Below are positions 47,016-54,126 of a stretch of 54,126 bases of DNA, one piece after another (position 1 is the stretch's first letter; each line of letters begins with the position of its first letter). The translations under genes and the position numbers were made by a program. Source of the DNA: a virus (taxonomy: Duplodnaviria > Caudoviricetes); the IMG/VR virus record IMGVR_UViG_3300027911_000017, positions 1 through 54,126 of that record. One strand, given 5' to 3'. Below the pieces are notes generated by a model. The model was not told the origin of the DNA, did no database searches, and saw only the letters and a list, made by a program, of their open reading frames with translations.

Positions 47016-48612
47016 CCTTGTTATCTGTGCCCTTGCAGCCATTCCTGCGCGAGCACAGGTTGGCACCGTCCTCGGCGCACCGGGAACGTGTGTTCGTACA
47101 TTCTACATTGACTTTGCAACTGGCTCCGACGCAAACAATGGAACGGCAAAAGGAACTCCGTGGCAGCACAGTCCCTATATGACGGGATGGACGGGTACCT
47201 ACACTCACGCAGCAGGCGACTGCGAGATATTTAAGGGCGGCGTGACATGGACAAATGGAGCGATGCCGCTTTATGTGCAAGCGGCTGGAAGTTCCAGCCA
47301 CGAAGATTATTACGGCGTGGACCAGACGTGGTACACGGGTGGAGCGTGGGCTAGGCCAATCTTCGATTGCCAGAGCACGGTGGGATGCAATGTAGTCATT
47401 CATCAGGCAGGCGGAGAATCTTATATTACCTATGACAGCTTAGAGCTTCGCGGCGCGTGGCTTGCAGCCAATGTGAACGGCTGGACTTTCTATTCGAGTG
47501 ATGGTGCGGGAAACACGATCCTGAATAACCTCTACATCCACAACTGGAGAATGTCCCATACGTGGACAAATGATTCGGCAGTCGGTGGAATCTATTTCAA
47601 CACAGATACAGGCTCTTTCGATGGAAACATAGTCCAAAACACTCTCATTGATAATAGCGACGGTGGCTACATGGCAACTGGAGACGGTTCAGTTCAGACG
47701 GCCAGTGCTGGAGGTGTTGCGGTCAGATCGCCACAAGATTTAGTTTTTAACGAAATCCGCAATGTTAGTTCCTTCGTGCTGCACGGTGGAAGAAACGTGC
47801 ACGATAACTTCCTTCATGATTCGGTTTCTTCGTGGGATGGTACATATCACACGAATACTTTTTATATAGATTCTTGGCAGAACGGAACGATTACCATTCC
47901 TGAGTATGTATATCGTAATAGAATCGTAAACTCAAACGCAAATGCAGCAGAATTATACCCCAGTCCATGCTACTTTGCTTCTCAAGTATTGACAATCACG
48001 GAATACTATTTTGACAACGTGGTTATGCACTCATCTAATTACGGGGTAGATATTGATGCCAATCAAACTGGATGCGGTAATAACACAGCCAATCTATATT
48101 TTTATAATAACACAATTCAAATCCCTAGTTCTAATTTAACAGGCTGCGCCCGTGCGACGCCGCGATCTGGAACGAAGATCAACAATGTGATTTGGACGAA
48201 TAATCACTGTATCTATGACAGTGGTGGTGCGGTAGATTTCAGCAATGCCACTTCCAGCAGCCAGACAACCAGCATAATCGAGTCAAACGCTAACGCCACG
48301 ACCTACGGCTATTCCTTCGTCAGTACTGGCTCAACGCTTAATTACGCACCGACAAACGCAACCTGTAATGGCAACTCTGGCGCATCCACCTGCACAATTT
48401 CCAACGGCACCAATCTCAACTCCACATGCTCAGGATCGCCACTCAGCCCAAATCTGTGTGAGGACATTAATCTGGTTGGTAGACCTTCGGCGTGGGACAT
48501 TGGCGCGTATCAGTATTCATCCGGTGGTGGAGGCGGAGGGTGTCCGTGCGGCGTTCCGGTAACTTCTTTTCCTTATTGGGTAAAACAACCATTAGAAATT
48601 TGGGTACATTAA
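46987..48612 (+). CDS. Right-handed beta-helix (pectin-lyase-like) protein with signal peptide; candidate depolymerase
   Basis: FYIDFATGSDANNGTAKGTPW, AGDCEIFKGG, repeated NN/HD turns, WDIGAYQY. Confidence 0.7.
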   Translation: MTLRLSLLSSLVICALAAIPARAQVGTVLGAPGTCVRTFYIDFATGSDANNGTAKGTPWQHSPYMTGWTGTYTHAAGDCEIFKGGVTWTNGAMPLYVQAAGSSSHEDYYGVDQTWYTGGAWARPIFDCQSTVGCNVVIHQAGGESYITYDSLELRGAWLAANVNGWTFYSSDGAGNTILNNLYIHNWRMSHTWTNDSAVGGIYFNTDTGSFDGNIVQNTLIDNSDGGYMATGDGSVQTASAGGVAVRSPQDLVFNEIRNVSSFVLHGGRNVHDNFLHDSVSSWDGTYHTNTFYIDSWQNGTITIPEYVYRNRIVNSNANAAELYPSPCYFASQVLTITEYYFDNVVMHSSNYGVDIDANQTGCGNNTANLYFYNNTIQIPSSNLTGCARATPRSGTKINNVIWTNNHCIYDSGGAVDFSNATSSSQTTSIIESNANATTYGYSFVSTGSTLNYAPTNATCNGNSGASTCTISNGTNLNSTCSGSPLSPNLCEDINLVGRPSAWDIGAYQYSSGGGGGGCPCGVPVTSFPYWVKQPLEIWVH

Positions 48613-49119
48613 ATGGCACTCTATAGAGGGGAGCATGTATATCCCCAAGTAGCTCATTTTCAAACGACGCAAGCCCCCTCTTTTCCAGTAGCAGGAGATG
48701 TCTGGTATGATGTATCTTCTAAGACTCTTCTAGCTAATATAAACGGAACGGTAGTAAGTCTTGGTGGAGGGGCTATTGCTTCTGTCAACCTAACAGGACA
48801 GACAGGGACAATAGGTAGTACAACCTTATTTGCTGTTCCTTCCAATGGAGCAGGTATCTATCAAGTCTTTGCCGATGTTATTGTCACTACCGCAGGTACA
48901 GGCGGAACCGTAGCAGTTAATGTGAGCTGGAACAATGGCACCACAACTGCGGGGTTAAACAGCGCAGCCTTCCCCCTAACCTCTCAAGGTGAACAAGCTG
49001 CCCTACTTGGAAACTTTTATTCAACGGGAAGTCAGAATATAACCTACAGTACTTCAGTTGTAGGAGCAACAGGAAGTCCAATCTACGCATTGAGACTGAG
49101 ACTGATCTATCTAGGATAA
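48613..49119 (+). CDS. Putative virion fibre/decoration protein
   Basis: TQAPSFPVAGDVWYD motif and beta-sandwich C-term. Confidence 0.5.
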   Translation: MALYRGEHVYPQVAHFQTTQAPSFPVAGDVWYDVSSKTLLANINGTVVSLGGGAIASVNLTGQTGTIGSTTLFAVPSNGAGIYQVFADVIVTTAGTGGTVAVNVSWNNGTTTAGLNSAAFPLTSQGEQAALLGNFYSTGSQNITYSTSVVGATGSPIYALRLRLIYLG

Positions 49120-49122
49120 CAT

Positions 49123-49455
49123 GTGAAGCTAATCCGAATTCCATACTGGTACTTGCTGTTGGGTCCTACATTACTGGGAGCATTGGGCTTTCTCTTAAAT
49201 GCCTCGGTTATGGCGGCAAACCACGGCCAGATGCCTGTATTGATTCCGGGGGGCTGTGGAATGGATGTTACGGTAGCTGATGCGCTCCATTCCTGTATGA
49301 CTGCTACCACACACCTTAAGTTTCTCGCGGACTGGCTTGTCATTAAAGATATGGGAGTAGCGAGTCCGGGAGATTTTCTTGAATGGGCAGATGATGCAGC
49401 TTTAGTTCCTTGTTTAGCGGCATGGATAGCTCTGATTTTCAAAGAGTTAAACTAG
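49123..49455 (+). CDS. DUF5317-like membrane protein
   Basis: LNASVMAANHGQMPV..THLKFLADW..SPGDFL. Confidence 0.6.
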   Translation: MKLIRIPYWYLLLGPTLLGALGFLLNASVMAANHGQMPVLIPGGCGMDVTVADALHSCMTATTHLKFLADWLVIKDMGVASPGDFLEWADDAALVPCLAAWIALIFKELN

Positions 49456-49463
49456 GAGAATAC

Positions 49464-50078
49464 ATGTCAGCTAGACCTATTGCATACTTTGTTCGGCATG
49501 GAGAAACTTCTGGAAATGCTGCGAATACCTTTAGGGGAAAGATTGACTTTCCTCTGACGGATGTGGGTAAGCAACAGGCTAAGGAAGTAGGAAAGTTCTT
49601 CAAGAGTCTTGCTATTAGTGCAGTATATGCTTCTCCTAAGAAACGCACTATGGACACCGCAGAAGCTATCGCACTTCCCAAGCAACTGAAGATTCAAACA
49701 GTAGAGGCCTTTAAGCCTATTGATGTTGGCTTTTTATCCGGTCAACCCAAAGATGAGCATACAGATGTAATGGATTACTTCGATAAGAATCCCCATGAAA
49801 AGATACCTATGGGAGAATCCATTAACGAGTTTCGAGCACGAACTCAACCGCCTCTTAAGAAACTATTAGTTGAGGGGGCTCAAGCAAAGGACCCCGTAGT
49901 TGGAGTTGTTCATTCCAGTATCATACATGAAGTCAATCATATTGTCTCTGGGGATCATAATCAAACTCTAGTCAAACCCGGAGGCATTATTGGCGTGTTT
50001 AAGCATCCAACTAAAGGTTTAGAGATCAAGGCCTTACTACATCCTGAAAAGGAAGAACAGGTACCTTATCATGGCTGA
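49464..50078 (+). CDS. Histidine phosphatase (phosphoglycerate mutase family)
   Basis: FVRHGET, PLTDVGKQQA, ASPKKRTMDTA, GES, VVH; AGGAG RBS. Confidence 0.88.
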   Translation: MSARPIAYFVRHGETSGNAANTFRGKIDFPLTDVGKQQAKEVGKFFKSLAISAVYASPKKRTMDTAEAIALPKQLKIQTVEAFKPIDVGFLSGQPKDEHTDVMDYFDKNPHEKIPMGESINEFRARTQPPLKKLLVEGAQAKDPVVGVVHSSIIHEVNHIVSGDHNQTLVKPGGIIGVFKHPTKGLEIKALLHPEKEEQVPYHG

Positions 50079-50244
50079 GCCACAAATTGAATACCGTTTT
50101 ACTTCACTTGCACCCGATTGTGAAGGTAATCATAGATTTTATGCTCTCGAAGAACTGATAAGTGACGAGAGTACAAAGACTTCCCTCATTGCCTTGGCCT
50201 GTACTCAATGTGGAAGTTTGGTAATTCACAAAGTACACGCCTAA
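50071..50244 (+). CDS. Small zinc-ribbon-like protein (57 aa)
   Basis: MAEPQIEY..CEGNH..CTQCG; not in the ORF track. Confidence 0.5.
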   Translation: MAEPQIEYRFTSLAPDCEGNHRFYALEELISDESTKTSLIALACTQCGSLVIHKVHA

Positions 50245-50263
50245 AGAAAAGGAAAAATAAAAT

Positions 50264-50902
50264 ATGGCTATTCCTGCACAGAACGTAACATGGTATGGAC
50301 CCGCCCTTGCTCAGGGTCAGCTTCAATCTCAGGGTGGTATTTCTGGATCGCAATCCAAGGCAGTTGTAGGTTCGGCTACCTTCGTGGGTGACGGGGCCAC
50401 GACTACGGCAACTTTGAACTGGATTGATGGTGTTCAGAAGCCCTTTCAGACAAACGTGGTTATTCCTGTATCCTCGGTTACAGCTCCGGCTACTATTGGG
50501 GGCGTAGCAAACCAAGCGGTGTATACAGGCGTTGGTGCCTATGGTCAGTTGAAGGTAGGTCAGTCTATTACCTTCGGTGGCTTCACTAACGCGGGTAACA
50601 ACGGTACATTCACGATCAACGCGCTTACAACCTCAACCATTCAAGTCACAAACGCCTCCTCTGTGGCAGAAAGCAATCCTGCTGCTACTGTGACGTTTGC
50701 TATCGCTACAAGTGCTCTTGTGGGTGGTGTTGTACTCGCTCGCGCCATCGCAGGACCTTCCGGTGTTGCGGATACCGCTGCCAATACGATTACCTGCACT
50801 ATCTCTACTCTAACTCAAACAGGCGGAATTGTGACCTTCAGTGCGGCTCCTGCTAACGCAGCGACTTGCTCTGTTATCGTCGAACTCTTCCCCAGTAACT
50901 AA
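50264..50902 (+). CDS. Putative virion structural/decoration protein
   Basis: A/T/G-rich beta protein with LKVGQSITFGGF..NNGTFTI insertion. Confidence 0.55.
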   Translation: MAIPAQNVTWYGPALAQGQLQSQGGISGSQSKAVVGSATFVGDGATTTATLNWIDGVQKPFQTNVVIPVSSVTAPATIGGVANQAVYTGVGAYGQLKVGQSITFGGFTNAGNNGTFTINALTTSTIQVTNASSVAESNPAATVTFAIATSALVGGVVLARAIAGPSGVADTAANTITCTISTLTQTGGIVTFSAAPANAATCSVIVELFPSN

Positions 50903-50931
50903 CGGATAAAGGACAAGGAGACTAAAAGACT

Positions 50932-51420
50932 ATGCCTTTATTTCGTGACGAAAATCCCGCACTGGGACCAACAACTACCGTCAAAGAACTTTCTGGCTAT
51001 GGCTCGGCCACACCTGTCGTAGCTTATTATAAACCCGGTACTAGGGAAATTCTTGACATTCCACTTGCTCCCGCTGGTACTATCACACAGTGGGCCTATC
51101 AAGCTCCCTTTACTTGTCAAGTTGTGGGAATGAGACTAAACTGGACCGTGCAATCAACAGGTGCTGCTAACCTGTCGGTGGTTCGTGTTACAGCGGACTC
51201 GCTTGCTCCACAGGCAGCTAATGGTACGACAGTCATTCTTCTGACCTCGGCTGTTGTATCCCTGCAAGGAACTGCCAATACTCGACAGAACTTGACGCTT
51301 TCAACGGCATCGGGTTCTCCCCTTATCCTCAATCCCGGAGATCAAATTGGCCTCTTCTCCTCAGCCTCGGCTGCTGGTCTAGTTGGCAACCTTCAGATTG
51401 AGCTTGCTCAAATCGGATAA
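50932..51420 (+). CDS. Putative virion decoration protein
   Basis: YQAPFTCQVVG..LNPGDQIGL beta-sandwich; AGGAG RBS; hairpin at about 51435-51454 follows. Confidence 0.55.
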   Translation: MPLFRDENPALGPTTTVKELSGYGSATPVVAYYKPGTREILDIPLAPAGTITQWAYQAPFTCQVVGMRLNWTVQSTGAANLSVVRVTADSLAPQAANGTTVILLTSAVVSLQGTANTRQNLTLSTASGSPLILNPGDQIGLFSSASAAGLVGNLQIELAQIG

Positions 51421-51464
51421 TCATGACGCTTCGAGGGCTGTGCGATAACAGCCCCAAAATTTAA

Positions 51465-51872
51465 ATGATAATTCAAATCCTAGCCGCAGTGAACTGTGCT
51501 CTCGCTATTTATGATGCTAACTTAACACGTAGGCGCATACGAGACTTTGGTACAGGGTTTGAACTCAACAGACTGATTCGATGGCTGGCCACCCACACGG
51601 GTCCTGAGCTAGCGTCAGTCATAGGGATATTAGGACCCGTGGTCGGGTGGACCTACATCCTGAGCTATTTCAATCAACCTGTATTACTGGCTATTTGGGT
51701 TGGATATGCGTTAAAACGGTTTGAAATCCAGCTCTCTAGTGCGGTTTTTGAGAAGCGCGTTAGAGATATCAAGAAAATGCTGGAAGAATATCGCGGGGCC
51801 AACGAAGCCACCCTCCCTTCGGGCGAATCAACGCCTCCTGCCCCGCGTTCTATTTCAAGAGAGGGAAAGTAA
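51465..51872 (+). CDS. Membrane protein (DUF5658-like)
   Basis: D..LT..G..ELN motif with hydrophobic helices. Confidence 0.5.
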   Translation: MIIQILAAVNCALAIYDANLTRRRIRDFGTGFELNRLIRWLATHTGPELASVIGILGPVVGWTYILSYFNQPVLLAIWVGYALKRFEIQLSSAVFEKRVRDIKKMLEEYRGANEATLPSGESTPPAPRSISREGK

Positions 51873-53802
51873 TGTCTATCATAAGTGAGAAGGACAGGGC
51901 TGATATACTTGCACTGGCAATGGACCCCAAGAAGGTTACATTGACCTGTGGGATTCATCATTATGCCTATGGAGGCAAGATGAAGCCTAACTTCAAGTGC
52001 AAGCGATGTATGTTCACTACCTTTATGGGTTTGATTGTAAATACTCCTCCTGATAAGCAACAAGAACAGCTAGAGATGCTTGAGTACTCTGTTCATGAGT
52101 TGATAGAAGCTGAAAAGAAAGGCTTGCTCAAGGACTTGCTTAAACATCCGGAAGTATACGTTAATGATGAACGCATTGGCGTTCCAAAGGAAGCAAACTA
52201 ACAATGGCAACACTTACTGGAATTTTTACTCCGGATTACGCCAATACTGTCACCATAACAGGGAATGAAGCTACACTTGCAGCTAACGCGGTAAGTGGCC
52301 CTATTACTCTAGGGCAGCATCGTCTATTCATGCTCTCTGTAAAGGACACGACAACTCCAGCTAGTATCTCTCAAGTTTCTTTCACAATGGGTCTTTCTAC
52401 TGGAACAGTCGCTCCTTCACCTACGGCCTCTTCCCCTTTCTTTAGTTTAACGCAAAATCTTGTGTTCGATACAGGAATGTATGACCAGATTAACCTCGGT
52501 AACTTTCACAATGGCGCGGATTCTATAGACTACTCTGTGGTTCTCTTGTCTAAATTCTAATGCCCTTTAACTTTGATGCAAACAACAATCTTGATGTTAC
52601 CATCCAGAATGTTAACACGGGGGCTGGTATCTTAATACTTGCCTTACCTTTTGCGCGTGGGGGAACCCTTCTTACTCCCACAGCCCCTGTTAACGTCATT
52701 GTATGGCGTGCTCCGTTTAACTGCACCGCAACCGCAGTAAAGGGCTATGTCTCAGGGTCTACGGGCACTACTATAAATGCTCGTCGTAATGGTTCCCTAC
52801 TCCTTCTTGCATCTGACTTAACCGTGAGTGCAGCAGATACTTGGATGGATGGAGGGGCTGTACAAAACACAGCTTTCTCCACCGGGGATAAGCTGGAAAT
52901 TATGTTTACAAGTATTGGTGGCGCACCCTCAGAAGCAGCAGTACAAGTTGAATTTACGAGGCCCTAATGAGTACTCCATTAGCTTTACCTTCGTCTATTC
53001 CTACGCATAGAAAGTTCGATCACAGTCTCTCAGGTGCTGGTGCTCTTTGGATATACATATATTGCGCGAGTTGTGGGGCTGATGGCGGTAGAGTACTGGA
53101 AAATGACTATGACTTCGCCTTCTATTTATGTAATGACTGTGCGGATAAGTATGGTGATATAGATGGAATGTACATGGAGCCCGATCAGGTTTTTTGGAAT
53201 AAGCTATACAATGCTCAGATGGAAGAATACGGGCGGTTGCTTACCCCAGAAGAAATTGCAATAGAACTACAAGAGAAAACTAGTCTAATGACAAAGTTGA
53301 AAAAGGAGTTAGTGTAATGCCAATGGTTTATACTTCATCTCTGGCGACGCCGGGGATTTCAACGTGTTCTGCTACTCCGAACACGGAAACTGATGCAATT
53401 TATCTCAAACCCGCTGCTAACGGACGAAGCGTAAACTTGCAGGCTGCTTACGTGATTGGACGAGCATCGGCCCTCACCACTATCTCAGGTATTGTCTTTC
53501 GTATTATGAAAGCCACAACTGCCTCAACTGTGGGTACAGCTACGACTCCTGCACCCAAGGATTCGGGTATGCAGGCGGCAACAGCTACTGCATCTACAGG
53601 GGGAACCGCTTCGTCTACTGGTCGAACCAACCATGTTATCTTTGGTTGCGGTGCGGCTGGTCCCGGAGGATGGGTTGCTCCAAACCCCGATTCAATGGTC
53701 TCTGTTCCAACGGCTGCGACGCTTCCTTCAGTGGATTTGCTTGCAGCTTCTGCAACTGCTTCACTGACGTATGAGTTCTCTGTAGAACATCAAGAATCGT
53801 AA
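51872..53802 (+). CDS. Five coupled hypothetical ORFs (51872-52201, 52204-52560, 52560-52967, 52967-53317, 53317-53802), partly structural-like or Zn-binding
   Basis: TAATG coupling; 52560-52967 resembles 50932-51420 (APF.C..GD). Confidence 0.65.
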
Positions 53803-53815
53803 TTTACTTCCTAAT

Positions 53816-53849
53816 GGGGAGTCGTAATAGGCTCCCCTAAAGGCTTTTC
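53816..53849 (+). terminator. Possible terminator hairpin
   Basis: GGGGAG/CTCCCC stem with a weak, displaced U-tract. Confidence 0.35.
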
Positions 53850-53852
53850 TGA

Positions 53853-54126
53853 ATGGCTATCTTTGGATTCGATTTCAGAAATACATCTGCCTATGTAACT
53901 GACCCATCTACTTCAACATTTCAGTTATGCCCAACAGGTACAGCTAATCCTGCTTATCCAACCACAAAATCCGTAAATGGACAGTCCATTACATTTGGTT
54001 GGGAGTCAGGAACGGCAAATGTGGATTCACGGGACAGAAATAGTGGAATAGATGCAAGACTGGCTGGAATTAACTTTGTACCAAGTACAGCAGGAGGTTC
54101 CGGCACTTGGAGAGTTGATCTACCTT
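53853..54126 (+). CDS. Partial CDS running off the window (MAIFGFDFRNTSAYVTDP...)
   Basis: Open from ATG 53853 to the window end. Confidence 0.6.
   Translation, partial: MAIFGFDFRNTSAYVTDPSTSTFQLCPTGTANPAYPTTKSVNGQSITFGWESGTANVDSRDRNSGIDARLAGINFVPSTAGGSGTWRVDLP

Noticed and set aside
1-54126. Diversity-generating retroelement, introns, tRNA genes and the many antisense or nested ORFs in the track
   Set aside because: No reverse transcriptase, template/variable repeat pair, interrupted conserved gene or cloverleaf seen; nested ORFs are shadows of well-supported genes.

Overview
The window is most of a tailed dsDNA bacteriophage genome with podovirus-like organisation. Positions 26-15154 (+) hold tail and DNA-ejection genes ending in a 2004-aa internal virion protein. 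Positions ~15550-42160 (-) hold the early and replication arm: RlpA-like lytic transglycosylase, dNMP kinase, HAD nucleotidase, metallophosphoesterase, AAA helicase, UDG-fused family A DNA polymerase, SSB, Sak4-like ATPase, ECF-like sigma factor, HNH, Cas4-like nuclease, a phiEco32-type amidoligase/ATP-grasp/GATase/GGCT cluster and many small ORFs. Positions ~42200-43100 are a divergent non-coding control region. From 43271 (+) come the terminases and a long run of accessory or structural ORFs; no portal or major capsid gene is recognisable in the window. The main non-annotated signals read from the DNA are: (1) a complete type II hammerhead ribozyme on the early (-) transcript at 41158-41221, among several long intergenic hairpins; (2) three copies of a conserved bipartite motif, TGTCACAAAA-N11/12-ACGTAACTTYGKTGTAG, that looks like the promoter of the phage sigma factor, with one copy facing the replication operon, one facing the late operon and one antisense to the sigma gene; (3) a compact structured RNA candidate just upstream of the terminases; (4) a 100-nt tract with no AG or CT dinucleotide; (5) a (Ser-Gly/Trp/Arg)n hexamer-repeat ORF. 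Protein calls are motif-based by eye; no database searches or folding programs were run.
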